A DNA stretch of 64,000 nucleotides from Candidatus Multivoradales bacterium (GTDB lineage Bacteria > Acidobacteriota > Thermoanaerobaculia > Multivoradales > J023), in the NCBI GenBank assembly GCA_965248925.1, contig CBDFLE010000005.1, forward strand, positions 2,048,001 through 2,112,000. Direction: 5' to 3'. Made by a program: the position numbers and the translations under genes. A model generated the notes under the pieces. It saw nothing but the letters and a program-made list of their open reading frames with translations, made no database searches and was not told the origin of the DNA. Positions 15,922-27,200 of this stretch are shown piece by piece (the stretch's first letter is position 1; the number at the start of each line of letters is the position of its first letter).

Positions 15922-17900
15922 TGGCGGACCTATTCACCAGCATCTTGACCGAGGTTCGCTCGGCGCTTCAGCGACACGCCGAGAACGCGCCCTCGGAGAG
16001 CACCGAAACAGCTGCCGCAGACACCGCCGCAAACACAACTCCGGCACCAGCCACAAGCGCCGACGACAGTCAAGTTTCGAGGTTGCGGCAGCTCAGCCAG
16101 CTGTTCGAACTATCTGACTTCGAAGTGCGTGTGCTGGTGCTCTGTGCCGGCCTCGAGCTGGACTCCTCTTTCGCACCACTCTGCGCCAAGGCACAGGTCG
16201 ACCCTAAACGCGCCTACCCTACTTTCGGCCTCGCCATGGCGACTCTGCCGGGAGCGCAATGGCAAGCTCTGCTGCCACAAGCACCGCTGCGCGCCTGGCA
16301 GCTGTTGCGACCCGCCACCGGCGAACCCCTGACCGCCGCCGAGCTGCGTATCGACGAACAGATCCTGCACTACCTTATGGGTTTCGACAGCCAGCCCAAG
16401 GCCCTGGCGCCGCTGATCGAACCGGTGCTAGAGGATCAGCTCGACCTGGTGGCATCGCACCGGCGGCAGGCTGATTTGATCATCTCCACCTGGCGCCAGA
16501 CCCGGGGCAGTAGCGAGTTTCCGGTGGTCGAGCTGCGGGGCGACAACCACGCCGCCAAACGGCCGATTGCCGCCTTGGCCTGCCAACAACTCGACCTGCG
16601 CCTGCAGGCCATCGCCGCCGAATCTCTACCCACTCAGCCCGAGGAACTTGAATCCCTGCTCCGCCTGTGGCACCGCGAAGCACTGCTCGATGGCGCAGCT
16701 CTGCTGGTCGAAGCCGACCAGCTACGACCCGACGATGCCCGCGAGCCGGTGCTGCGCAGCTTTCTCGACCGCAGCCGCACCGCCATGCTGGTTACCCGCC
16801 GCGGTCGCCTGGCCCTCCGCCACCGAGCACTACTCAGCCTTCCAGTCGAGAAGCCCCAACGGCAGGAACAACGCAGCCTTTGGCAGCGCCTGGGAGAAGC
16901 CCGTGGGATCTCACTCGACCCTCAGCAGCGCGTCGCCTTGGCCGATCAATTTCACCTCGGTGCGAAGGAGATTCGCAGCATCTGGGTCGAGGCCCTCGGC
17001 CGGCTACCGAGCGACGGCGAGACTATCGATCAACAGCAGCTGGTGGCAGCGCTGTGGCAAACATGCCGCCAACAGGCACGGCCGGCCCTGGAGGATCTCG
17101 CCGAACATGTAGAACCCAAGGCTACTTGGGACGAGCTGGTGCTGCCCGAGCCGCAGCTCCAGACCCTGCGCCAGATCTCCATTCACTTGCGCCAACGAAG
17201 CACCGTGCACGACAGTTGGGGCTTCTCCAGCAAGAGTTCGCGTGGCCTCGGAATTCATGCTCTGTTCAGCGGCTCCAGCGGCACCGGCAAAACGATGGCC
17301 GCCGAAGTGCTGGCTGGCGACCTCGGCCTCGATCTGTTCCGCATCGACCTGTCGTCGGTGATCAGCAAATACATTGGCGAAACCGAAAAGAACCTCGAGC
17401 GGGTCTTCACCGCCGCCGAAGCCGGCGGTAGCATCTTGCTGTTCGACGAAGCCGACGCCCTCTTCGGTCGCCGCGGCGAGGTCAGCGACAGCCACGACCG
17501 CTATGCCAACATCGAAGTCAGCTACCTGCTGCAACGCATCGAGACCTATCGCGGACTGGCCATCTTGACCACCAACTTGCGCGGCTCCCTGGACAGCGCT
17601 TTTCAGCGGCGGCTCGAATTCATCGTCGAATTCCCCTTTCCGACCCCAGTCGAGCGGGCGGCTATCTGGGCTAGGGTATTCCCCGCCAAAACGCCGACAG
17701 ACAACCTGCATCTTGATCGCCTGGCGCGACTCAACTTGAGCGGAGGCCATATCCGAAATATTGCCCTGAATGGCGCTTTTCTGGCCGCCAAAGACTGCGC
17801 TCCTGTTAACATGAAGCATCTGCTGATTGCCACCCGTCGGGAACTGGCCAAATTGAACCGGCCGCTGCCTGAGACCGAAGTCCAGGATTGGTTGACATGA
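15921..17900 (+). CDS. eCIS AAA+ ATPase (Afp15/Pvc15-like)
   Basis: Walker A GSSGTGKT, SKYIGETEKNL, Walker B LLFDEADALFG, DRYANIEVSYLLQR. Confidence 0.96.
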   Translation: MADLFTSILTEVRSALQRHAENAPSESTETAAADTAANTTPAPATSADDSQVSRLRQLSQLFELSDFEVRVLVLCAGLELDSSFAPLCAKAQVDPKRAYPTFGLAMATLPGAQWQALLPQAPLRAWQLLRPATGEPLTAAELRIDEQILHYLMGFDSQPKALAPLIEPVLEDQLDLVASHRRQADLIISTWRQTRGSSEFPVVELRGDNHAAKRPIAALACQQLDLRLQAIAAESLPTQPEELESLLRLWHREALLDGAALLVEADQLRPDDAREPVLRSFLDRSRTAMLVTRRGRLALRHRALLSLPVEKPQRQEQRSLWQRLGEARGISLDPQQRVALADQFHLGAKEIRSIWVEALGRLPSDGETIDQQQLVAALWQTCRQQARPALEDLAEHVEPKATWDELVLPEPQLQTLRQISIHLRQRSTVHDSWGFSSKSSRGLGIHALFSGSSGTGKTMAAEVLAGDLGLDLFRIDLSSVISKYIGETEKNLERVFTAAEAGGSILLFDEADALFGRRGEVSDSHDRYANIEVSYLLQRIETYRGLAILTTNLRGSLDSAFQRRLEFIVEFPFPTPVERAAIWARVFPAKTPTDNLHLDRLARLNLSGGHIRNIALNGAFLAAKDCAPVNMKHLLIATRRELAKLNRPLPETEVQDWLT

Positions 17901-18223
17901 AAATCGATCTAGAAATCGACCACTTGCGCCTTCCGACCGCCGCCGGCTTGCGCGGCGAGGATCTGGCCACCGCTATCGAGAGCGAGCTCGACCGGCTGAG
18001 CGAAATCTACGGTTTGCCCGCTTATGGTAGCAATGCAGGCGGGGTCGATATTGACCTGGCGTCGTTCCCGATCAACCCTCACGCTTCCATCGACCAACTC
18101 GGCGCCTCGATCGCCCGCTCGCTGATGCAGGGTTTGCATCAGAAGAGCGGCCGGGTTCCGCGAGAACTCGACAGAGGCCCTGACGCGCCCCACGATACTT
18201 CCTCCAACGAGGTAGTGCGATGA
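17897..18223 (+). CDS. Small eCIS-associated hypothetical protein
   Basis: MKIDLEIDHLRL...AIESELDRL...LGASIARSL; ATGA overlaps on both sides. Confidence 0.7.
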   Translation: MKIDLEIDHLRLPTAAGLRGEDLATAIESELDRLSEIYGLPAYGSNAGGVDIDLASFPINPHASIDQLGASIARSLMQGLHQKSGRVPRELDRGPDAPHDTSSNEVVR

Positions 18224-18918
18224 GCGCCAGCGGCACCTCCACTTATCCGCCGGTGTTGCCGAAGGTCGCCCAGCGGCCGACTCCCTACAATCTGCAAAAA
18301 CGTTTCAAAGGAGCGCTGGTTTCGGTCACCAAGACCGGTAAGAAAACCACTGTACCTTTCCAATACAACCCGGCCAAACTCGACCGCACTTTGACCCCGC
18401 GAATGTACGACGGCCCCGAGGGCCAAGCCCAATTCGTGGGCGGCGCCAGTCAATCGATCTCCGTCACCGTCGAGCTGCAAGCGGTTGACACTATGGTGGC
18501 GCAGTCAAAGAAGAACAAGCTAGCCAACGCGGCCAAGGGGCTCTACGCCCACCTTGCTGCCCTCGAACTACTGCTCTACCCGGCGACCAAGGATATCGAA
18601 ACCTATCGCAACGACTTGGACAACAACGTCAAGGGCGCGGTACCGCCGCAAGCGCGACCGACACTGTTTGTTTGGGGTCCCCAGCGAGTCCTGCCGGTGA
18701 ACCTGAAGTCGATGGTGGTCAAGGAAATCCTCTTTAACATCGCGCTAAGCCCGGTGCGCGCCGAGGTCACTCTAACCATGAATGTCGAGAACGTGATCGA
18801 CACCGAGGGCGATTCCTACCAATTGCTGTTGGCCCATCTCAAGAACATGGAACAAATGCGCCAAACCCAGGGGGCCGAGGTCTTCGGTAGCAACAAGATC
18901 ACCGGAGCCCAGTACTGA
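18220..18918 (+). CDS. CIS tube-initiator-like protein (Afp7 N-terminal-like)
   Basis: VPFQYNPAKLDRTL, LAALELLLYP, PTLFVWGPQRVLPV, PVRAEVTLTM. Confidence 0.85.
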   Translation: MSASGTSTYPPVLPKVAQRPTPYNLQKRFKGALVSVTKTGKKTTVPFQYNPAKLDRTLTPRMYDGPEGQAQFVGGASQSISVTVELQAVDTMVAQSKKNKLANAAKGLYAHLAALELLLYPATKDIETYRNDLDNNVKGAVPPQARPTLFVWGPQRVLPVNLKSMVVKEILFNIALSPVRAEVTLTMNVENVIDTEGDSYQLLLAHLKNMEQMRQTQGAEVFGSNKITGAQY

Positions 18919-18936
18919 GTCTAAGAGCCAATAAAG

Positions 18937-19212
18937 ATGATCAAGAAATCTAGTCGCTACCACGGCTTCGACCACCATCGGCATCTAACTCCCGGTGGTC
19001 ATGAGATCCTCTATCTCGAACGTCGCTTCATTCCGCGATTGCAGACCTCCGGCAAGACCACCAACGCTCAAAGCGAACGCCTCGACCTGATCGCCGATAG
19101 AACCTTGGGCAATCCGCAGCTCTACTGGCGCCTCTGCGACGCCAACGAGGAGACCAATCCGTTCGTGCTCTCCGAACGATCCGGGCGCACCCTCAAGCTA
19201 CCCAACCTATGA
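18937..19212 (+). CDS. LysM/tail-X-like baseplate protein
   Basis: SSRY...YLERRFIP...ERLDLIADRTLGNPQLYWRLCDAN. Confidence 0.85.
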   Translation: MIKKSSRYHGFDHHRHLTPGGHEILYLERRFIPRLQTSGKTTNAQSERLDLIADRTLGNPQLYWRLCDANEETNPFVLSERSGRTLKLPNL

Positions 19213-19225
19213 GCGGCAACCCTCC

Positions 19226-20416
19226 GTGAAGCTAAACCTCAAGGTCGGTCCCGACTCTCCGCAAGGCGCTTCTGAAGAAATGATGGCGGCGCTCAGCGCG
19301 GTCGAGGTGACCCGCGCCACCGCTGGACCGTCGGGCTTTCAACTCAGCTTCGCCACCAGCCGCTACGATCTCGACGACCCGTCCTCGGTCGAGGAGTGGC
19401 CGCTGCTCAGCGATCAGAACCTGCAACCCTGGAGCCGGGTGCAGCTGGAGGTCGACGATGGCGACTCGAAGATCGTGTTGATGGACGGTTTCATCACCCG
19501 TCAGGAAATCAATCTTGACCACAAGAGCGGCTCCAAGATAGTGGTCACCGGCGAGGATGTCAGCCTGAAGATGGATCTATTCGAGGTCTCCGCCGAGTAT
19601 GAGCAGAAGAAAACCTCCGAGATCGTCACCGCCATCCTCGGCAAGTATAGCTCGGCGGGAATCACCCAGAAGGACGTCCAGGCGCCGCAGAATGAAGTCG
19701 CCCCGACCGGCTACGTACCACAGCAGAACTGCACGGATCGCTTCTACGTCCAGCAGCTTGCCGCTCGCCACGGCTTTGAATTCTACGTCGTGCCCGGCAG
19801 CTCGGCGGGCAGCAACAATGCCTATTGGGGACCGCCGGTGACCGACGGTTCGGCGCAGGCCACCTTGATCGCCAATAAAGGACCGAAAGACACCGTGCTG
19901 TCGATGAGCCTGAGCTGCGACGCTCTGGCGCCGACTTTGGCGTATGGCCAGGTGCTGGATCTGACCAAGAACCCGGCCGAGGCAGGCGACATCGCAATTG
20001 GCAGCGCGACGAAGAAACCCGACCTCTCAAGCGGCGGCGCGATCCCTTCAACCCCCAGTCCAGGCGGCCTGGCGGCGACCCCGACAACCTACAGCCAGAA
20101 CCTCGACAAACTCGCCGTGCGCGGTCGGTTGGTGCACTACCCAGGCTTCCCCTTGGCCGAGGCGACCCAATTTGCCCAGGGCAAGACCAACCGTTCGGTC
20201 ACCGACATGGTGACCATCGAGGGAGAACTCGACAGCGACGTCCTGGGCACAGTGCTCAGCGCGCCAGGAGTGGTCGAAGTCGAGGGTTTGGGGGCGATGT
20301 ACTCCGGCGACTACTACATCAAAGAAGTTACTCATAACTTCCGCTTTGAAATCGAAACCTGGTACTACCGCCAGAAGTTTGTCCTGACCCGCGGCGGTCT
20401 GGGACTAAAAAGTTAG
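19226..20416 (+). CDS. Baseplate hub, gp27/late control D-like (VgrG N-terminal half)
   Basis: SGFQLSF, LMDGFITRQE, VTGEDVSLKMD, QQNCTDRFYVQQLAARHG, GAMYSGDYYIKEVTH. Confidence 0.85.
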   Translation: MKLNLKVGPDSPQGASEEMMAALSAVEVTRATAGPSGFQLSFATSRYDLDDPSSVEEWPLLSDQNLQPWSRVQLEVDDGDSKIVLMDGFITRQEINLDHKSGSKIVVTGEDVSLKMDLFEVSAEYEQKKTSEIVTAILGKYSSAGITQKDVQAPQNEVAPTGYVPQQNCTDRFYVQQLAARHGFEFYVVPGSSAGSNNAYWGPPVTDGSAQATLIANKGPKDTVLSMSLSCDALAPTLAYGQVLDLTKNPAEAGDIAIGSATKKPDLSSGGAIPSTPSPGGLAATPTTYSQNLDKLAVRGRLVHYPGFPLAEATQFAQGKTNRSVTDMVTIEGELDSDVLGTVLSAPGVVEVEGLGAMYSGDYYIKEVTHNFRFEIETWYYRQKFVLTRGGLGLKS

Positions 20417-20425
20417 GAATCACCA

Positions 20426-21277
20426 ATGGCCGACAACCACCTGGTCGACGTGCTCAACGATCCGCAGTGGCGCCGCGATGGGCGCTATTTCGGCAAATAC
20501 CGCGGCATCGTGCAGGACAATAAGGACCCCGACAAACTCGGCCGCATCTTGGCGACGGTGCCGGCGATTTCCGCCATGGCGAAAAACTGGGCCCTACCCT
20601 GCTCGCCCTACGCCGGCAAGGATGTCGGCCTATACACCATCCCACCGGTCGGCGCCAAAGTATGGATCGAATTCGAAGGCGGTGACCCGACGTTTCCAAT
20701 TTGGAGTGGCTGCTTCTGGCAAAAAGACGAGCCGCCGACCGAGATCGGCACCAACGCCGACGATCCGTCGCAGGTCAAGATTCTCAAGACTCGAGTGGCC
20801 AAAGTATGGATCGACGACACCGATCAGAAAGGGCAGATGGTAGTGCAGTTCAACGACTCCACCGTCGATCAGCCGATCACCGTCACCATGACCATCGACT
20901 CCACCGGCATCAAGGTTGAATGCGCGGGCGAGAACACCAGCACGGTGATCCAAACCCCCGACGACATCTCCACCGACAGCCAAACCCTGGCCACCACCAC
21001 CGCCAAGGACACCACCCTGACCGTGGAGCAGAATCTCAAAGCGACGGTGAGCCAAGACCTCACCATGCAAGCCGATGGCAAAGCCGATCTGAAGGCCACC
21101 GGTAACTTGACTTTGGAGGGGGACCAGGTGGCCGCCACCGCCCAACAAGCGATCGATCTCAAAGGCATGAACGCCACCTTGGAGGCCACCTCGGCGGTAA
21201 CCGCCAAGGGAGCCACCGCCGAGGTCAATGGCAGTGGCACCACCACCATCAAAGGTGGCATGGTTAATATCAACTAG
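20426..21277 (+). CDS. Spike protein, gp5/gpV OB-fold with beta-helical C-terminus
   Basis: FGKYRGIVQDNKDPDKLGRI, WALPCSPYAG, PPVGAKVWIEFEGGDP..PIWSG; Thr-rich beta repeats ending IKGGMVNIN. Confidence 0.92.
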   Translation: MADNHLVDVLNDPQWRRDGRYFGKYRGIVQDNKDPDKLGRILATVPAISAMAKNWALPCSPYAGKDVGLYTIPPVGAKVWIEFEGGDPTFPIWSGCFWQKDEPPTEIGTNADDPSQVKILKTRVAKVWIDDTDQKGQMVVQFNDSTVDQPITVTMTIDSTGIKVECAGENTSTVIQTPDDISTDSQTLATTTAKDTTLTVEQNLKATVSQDLTMQADGKADLKATGNLTLEGDQVAATAQQAIDLKGMNATLEATSAVTAKGATAEVNGSGTTTIKGGMVNIN

Positions 21278-21285
21278 CGAGGACG

Positions 21286-21678
21286 ATGGTGAAGAGCAGC
21301 GATCTCGAGGTAGGTTTTCCGTTCCAGCTCGACACCCGTGGCCGGGCCTTCGATCCGGGCTACGAGGATCACGTCAAGCAATTGATCGAGCTGGTGTTGT
21401 TCACCACCCCCGGCGAGCGGGTCAACCGGCCAGATTTTGGCTGCGGTCTGCTGGAGCTGGTGTTCTCCCCGGAAACCGAGCAGGAAACCACCGTCACCCG
21501 GCATTTGGTGCAAGCGTCGCTGCAACGCTGGCTCGCCGAAGTGATCTCGGTGCGGGAAGTTGAAATCGATGTTAACGACACTAGACTCAATATCCGCATT
21601 GCATACCAACTGATCGACTTCGAAAATCAAGAGCAAGTAGCGACCTTCGAGTTTCGGGACCTGCCATGGGAGATCTGA
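21286..21678 (+). CDS. gp25/GPW baseplate wedge protein (Afp9-like)
   Basis: GFPF...LFTTPGERVNRPDFGCGL. Confidence 0.94.
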   Translation: MVKSSDLEVGFPFQLDTRGRAFDPGYEDHVKQLIELVLFTTPGERVNRPDFGCGLLELVFSPETEQETTVTRHLVQASLQRWLAEVISVREVEIDVNDTRLNIRIAYQLIDFENQEQVATFEFRDLPWEI

Positions 21679-24266
21679 ACCACAGCGATCCGCGTTTCCG
21701 CGATCAACGGCGCAAAGCGGTGGCGGCGAGTCCAACTCTGGTCGGCCTCGATCACATCGACGTCCGGCACCTCGATACCAGCACCAGCAGTGGCACAGAT
21801 TCCGCCAACGAACTGTGGGATCTGAACTTGCACTTCCTGCCCCCCAGCGAGCAGCGCCAGGACCAGCAGTTCGCGGCTTTACCCAGCCTCGTGGAAGCCG
21901 ACAACATCCGCATCGAGTTCGGCGAGAATGCCGACCCGGCGATCCATGTCCGCCAGATCATGCCGCTGGCAGATCATGTTCTGCGGGTGCGGGTAGCCCG
22001 CAACGTCAACTCGGCGACCCCCCCCGCCCACCTGCCCGCCGACCTCCATCTCGCGGCCGGCCACTTGCCGATCTACCGCTTGCGCCTGGTCGACCTGCCG
22101 ACCGTTGACCGCTTTTTTGATCAGGCCCTATTCGCTTTTCGCGACGGCACCACCGATCTCGGCCTGCCCTCTGAGCTGCCCGAGCAGCGACCCACGTTGC
22201 GGCTGCCCGAGATCGACTACCTGTCGAAGGACTACGAGAGCTTTCGCCAATTGCTGCTCGACCGCCTCAAGCGCGAGGTACCGAGCTGGCACGAGCGCAA
22301 CCCCGCCGATCTCGGGGTCACCCTGGTCGAACTGCTGGCCTACGCCGGCGACTATCTGAGCTACTACCAAGACGCGGTCTCGAGCGAAGCCTACATCGCC
22401 ACCGCCCGGCAGCGCATTTCGATCCGTCGCCACGCCCGACTGGTCGATTACCGCATGCACGAAGGGGTCAATGCCCGCTGTTGGGTGCAGATCAAGATAC
22501 TGCCCACCGAGGCCGAGTCTGGCAGCGCGGCCAGCGCCGCGCCAGAGCCCTTTGAGCTACCCGCCGGCACTGAAGTGCTGACCTCCTGCGGCCAAGTGCC
22601 AGCGATCGTGCCGCGGCTGTCGCGCGAGGAACGCAAGGCTCGGGCCGCTAGGCCGTTGGTATTTCAAACCCTATTCCCCGTCCGCCTGCACCCGCTGCAC
22701 AACCGGATAGAGATCTACACCTGGGGCGCCACCACCTACCGCCTGCGAGCTGGTGACACCCGCGCCGCGCTGGTTGGCCACTTGCCTCATTTGCACCGCG
22801 GCGATGTGCTGATCTTCGAGCGGATGCGTCTCGCTGAGACCCTGGGCGGCAACCTGGACGACCTGCCGACATCGCAGCCGGTGCGGCTGGCCCACCACCC
22901 GCGCCTATCCCTCGATCCAACCCTCGGAGATGACGGCCAGACGGTGCCGGTCACCGAGATCGAGTGGCTGGCCGAGGATGGGTTGGACCATGATCTAGAA
23001 GTCTCAGTACGGATCGGAGGCAAGGTGCGACTGCTGGCCTGCGCGCGGGGCAACAACGTCCTGGTCGACCACGGGGAAAGCCGCTATGAGGTGCTACCGC
23101 AGGTGCCCGCCAACCAACGCTACGGGCCGCGGCTGCGCCAACTCGGCCTCACCCGCCGAGTACCCTATGACTCCGAACGCGCTTCGCGCCTACCGGCCCA
23201 CGGCAACTTGGAACAGGACCCTCGCCAAGCGCTGCCGGCGCTGGAACTCTACGAACTGGCGCCGGTAGAGTTCGAGCGTTACCCCGACGGCGTCCCCTTG
23301 GAGGTTCTGGGCCGCACTCAGCGACAGGTCTGGCGGGTTCGTCATGACTTGCTGGCCAGTGATCGCTTCGGCCAAGACCTGGTCGTCGAGACTGACGATC
23401 GGGGCTACGCCCAGCTCCGCTTTGGTGACGATCGCCAAGGGCTCAGTCCCTATCCCGGCAGCCGCCTGCAGGCCGTCTACCGAGTTGGCTCGGGGCCGGC
23501 TGGCAACGTGGGCGCCTATGCCCTGCGTCATCTGGTGATTGCCAGCAGTGAGTTGGAGCGTTGCGCCGACCTCGGGTTGCGCCTCATCGAGGCTCGCAAC
23601 CAGCTCGCCGGCCATGGTGGGTTGGAGTCCGAGAACAGCGAGCTAGCGCGACACTACGCACCGCAAGCCTTGCACAGCGGTAGGCTCCGCCGCTGTGTGA
23701 CCGAGGATGACTATGCGCGGGTCGCCGAGCGCCATCCCGAAGTCGAGCGGGCGGTCTCCAGACTACATTGGAATGGCACCTCCTGGGTGGCCTTTATCTA
23801 CGTCCAACGCCCGGCATTGCGCACCCTCGACAGCCACTTGAAGCGCCGCCTGCTACGCTTCTTCGCTCCCTTCTTGCTGGCCGACTGTGAGGTCGAGATA
23901 CGCTCTCCGCGATGGGTGCCCCTCGATCTCTGTTTCTTGGTACACCCTCAGGGCTCGGCCCCGCAAGCCAGCATGCGCCAGCGCCTGGGCACTCGCGTCG
24001 AGCAGGGAGAGTTGCCCTTTCTGGCGCCGGACTACTTCACCTTCGGCAAACCGCTCTACCTGAGTGAGTTGATCACTCAGATCATGGAGTTGCCGGAAGT
24101 CAGCAGCGTCGAGGCCAAGGTGTTCAAGCGCTGGGGCGAGAGTTCGCAGGGGGAGCTCGAGCAGGGTGAAATTTCCCTCGCCCCGCTGGAAATCGCCGTG
24201 CTGCGCAACGATCCCTCGGCGCCGCATCTGGGTTCGATACAGGTACGCATTGAGGAGGAAGCATGA
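21666..24266 (+). CDS. Baseplate J-like wedge protein 1
   Basis: IDYLSKDYESFRQLLLDRL, ADLGVTLVELLAY, EAYIATARQRISIRRHARLVDY, LRFGD, RCVTEDDY. Confidence 0.92.
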   Translation: MGDLNHSDPRFRDQRRKAVAASPTLVGLDHIDVRHLDTSTSSGTDSANELWDLNLHFLPPSEQRQDQQFAALPSLVEADNIRIEFGENADPAIHVRQIMPLADHVLRVRVARNVNSATPPAHLPADLHLAAGHLPIYRLRLVDLPTVDRFFDQALFAFRDGTTDLGLPSELPEQRPTLRLPEIDYLSKDYESFRQLLLDRLKREVPSWHERNPADLGVTLVELLAYAGDYLSYYQDAVSSEAYIATARQRISIRRHARLVDYRMHEGVNARCWVQIKILPTEAESGSAASAAPEPFELPAGTEVLTSCGQVPAIVPRLSREERKARAARPLVFQTLFPVRLHPLHNRIEIYTWGATTYRLRAGDTRAALVGHLPHLHRGDVLIFERMRLAETLGGNLDDLPTSQPVRLAHHPRLSLDPTLGDDGQTVPVTEIEWLAEDGLDHDLEVSVRIGGKVRLLACARGNNVLVDHGESRYEVLPQVPANQRYGPRLRQLGLTRRVPYDSERASRLPAHGNLEQDPRQALPALELYELAPVEFERYPDGVPLEVLGRTQRQVWRVRHDLLASDRFGQDLVVETDDRGYAQLRFGDDRQGLSPYPGSRLQAVYRVGSGPAGNVGAYALRHLVIASSELERCADLGLRLIEARNQLAGHGGLESENSELARHYAPQALHSGRLRRCVTEDDYARVAERHPEVERAVSRLHWNGTSWVAFIYVQRPALRTLDSHLKRRLLRFFAPFLLADCEVEIRSPRWVPLDLCFLVHPQGSAPQASMRQRLGTRVEQGELPFLAPDYFTFGKPLYLSELITQIMELPEVSSVEAKVFKRWGESSQGELEQGEISLAPLEIAVLRNDPSAPHLGSIQVRIEEEA

Positions 24267-27200
24267 GGGAGCAGCAACCACCGCCCCTCCCCGCCGCGGC
24301 CACCGCGCCGAGCCCCGACTCGCGGTTGGCTAACCCACCAGGGCAGCGTCAGCTGATTCACCGCATCGGCGACTACTACAGCTTCTACGACTCCATGTTG
24401 CACTGCCTGGCCCGCCAGGGCCGGCATCCGTTGACCACCACCGTGCCTTGGGTTGAAGACGCCGAGGACCAAAAAACTCGTGCCGAGCAGCCCCGCAGCG
24501 TCCTTGGCGAACAACGCACCGCCACTGGCAAGGGCCGCATCTGGCTCAACCTGTCGCAGGCCGACAATTGGATCCTCGGCTTACTCAGGTCGTGGGCGAC
24601 GATCGGCGAGATTCTCGCTTTCTATCAAGAGCGGCTGATCAACGAAGGCTACTTGCGCACCGCCCGCGAGCGGCGTTCGGTACACGAGCTGGCGCGATTG
24701 CTCGACTACCGGCCGCGGCCGGCGGTGGCCGGTGCCACCGAGTTGGCCTTCGACACCACCGATGTCGAGGGCTTGCCGCGAGACATCGCACTGGTCGCCA
24801 GCACCCCGGTCGACAGTGTGCCCCCCGAGGGCGCCGAACCGCAGAGCTTCGAGACCTCCGGCCCACTAGTGGCCCGCGCCGACTGGAATCGGCTGGGGGA
24901 AGCCGCGCCGGCTCGCCCCCTACCCTTGGAACTTGACAACGGCGCCAACCGCCTAGGTCTAGCCAACCAAGCGCGGTGGCCCGATATCGGTTCGGGGATA
25001 CTGATCCGCGGCCGGCAAAACAACGAGGAGCGCCTCTTCTACCGCCCGGTCGCGGCGCTCGAAGATCCCGCCGCGAAGCTTCCGGGCAAGGATCTGGTGT
25101 GGAGCGAGGCCGTCGAACTACAGCCCGCGGAACCGCCTCTCGGCGACCTAGAGGTCTACGCCCTGCGCCAAGAGCTGCGCCTCTTCGGCTATGCCGCGCC
25201 ACTGTGGCCAGAGCAATCGCTCGCAGTGCGCCGCCGCTATCGCGACCTGCAAGGCGGCTTGCGGGTGCTCCAAGACGGTAGCTGGCGCGCGACCCACGGC
25301 AGTCTGCCGGAGGCCGAAATCCGCTGCCTGGTCTACAGCCCCGACGGACACCTCTTCGCCGGCACCAGCGGCCAAGGCATCTGGCGCCTGAGCGCGGGTG
25401 AGAAAAGCTGGCAAGGTCCCTCCCGTGGTCTCGAATTGGGCGACATCTGCGCTCTGACCGCCACCGACGACGGCTTGCTGATCGCCGGCACGGCAACCGG
25501 CGGAGTTTTTCACTCGACCGACGGCGGCGATGTTTGGACCCAACTCACCGGCCGCGCCCTGGGCCGCGCCCGCTGGACCCTGGTGCGCCGTTCGCGACGC
25601 CTCGACAGCTTGCCGCAGACGCCGGTGCGAGCCCTCCTATCACTGCCCACCGGCGAGGGCGCTGCCAAAGGCGCCTGGCTCTTCGCCGGCACCGACAGCG
25701 GCCTCTACCGTTCGACCGACCTGGCCAACACCTGGATGCCGTCCAACCGCGGCTTCCCGGCAGTCGACTCGGGCACCGGCGAGACGTCGACCGCGGTCAC
25801 CGCCCTGATCGTCAATCCGCTCAGCGGCGAACTCTTCGCCGCCACTTCCGCTGGCGTCTTCTCCTCCACCGACCGCGGTCGGCGTTGGCAGGCGATCAAT
25901 CTTGGTCTGCCGGAGATGGATCTGTTCAGCGAGCTGCTACCGCGGGGAGTGCGCGACTTGGCCTTGCACTACGATCGGCGGCGGCGGACTTCGACCCTCT
26001 TCGCGGCCACCACCCAGGGAATCTACCGCTCCCGCGACCGCGGCAACAACTGGCAGCTGGCCAGCAGTGGGCTCGAGATCGAGCGTGACGAGCTGCCCGA
26101 GATCACCTGCCTGGCCCTGGAGCGCAACAAAGTCACCGTCACCTCTCGCCTCTTCGCCGCCACTGCTGAACGGGTCTGGTGCTCACTTGACGAAGGGGAG
26201 AGCTGGCGGCCGGCGTCCCTCGACGCCTTACCCGGCGGCCGCGCGCTGGCGGCCAGCAGCAGCCGCGCGACGCTGGCCGCGGCTACCCCTTTCGGCGGTT
26301 TCGCCAACAATCAATGGCCGAACTTCTTTCTCTCCCGCGGCCACATCGATCTGGAACGTGAAATCCCTGCCCTGCCCGCCGACGGCTGGGTGATCCTGGT
26401 GCCCGATGCTGACCAACCGCAACCACCACCGGTGGGCATCTTCCCGCTGCTCAAGGTCAGCACCGTGCGGCGCACCGACTTCACCCTCAACACCAAGATC
26501 ACCCGCCTGCAAGTAGACCCCGACCCGGCTTTGCGGCGCTACGATCTGCGCCGCACCCGAGTGCTTGTGCATAGCGAACCGCTTCTGCTGCAGACGGGTA
26601 ACCGGGTCGATCCCAGAGACACCCTGGCCGCCCTCTGCGCCAGGCTCCGGCAGATGCCCGCCGATCGGCCAATCCTGGCTTGCGCCCTGCACTCTCCGGG
26701 CAACCATGACTCGCCAGTGCACGAAGCGGCGCAGAGCCGCGCCGAGCCGCTGGCAAACCAGGCCGCCTGGCAGTATCTTTCGAGCTCCGCCGCGCAGCTG
26801 TTGGCATCTCTGGAGAAGAGTGCCCAGACCGGCTTATTAACCCTCGCCAGCGAGCCCACCAGTAGCGCCAAGGCAGGTCAAGCGGTCGCCGTTTCGAGCG
26901 ATTCGCTGCAAGTCTTCGCCAACGTCATAAACGCCACCGAAGGGGTCACCATCCACCGCGAGGTGCTGGGCAGCGGCAACGCCGCGCAAACCCTGCAACA
27001 GTTCCCGTTAGTCGAGATACCAGCCTTTCTGCGCGGCTCGCCGGATCCCCGATCGACGGTCGAGATCCGGGTCGGCGATCAGCGCTGGAGAGAGGTGCCA
27101 AGGCTCCTCGATCAACCGCCTGAGCGCCGGGTCTATGAGCTGCGCCGCGATCACCAGGGCTTCGCCACCGTAGTCTTTGGCGATGGTGCCCACGGCGCCC

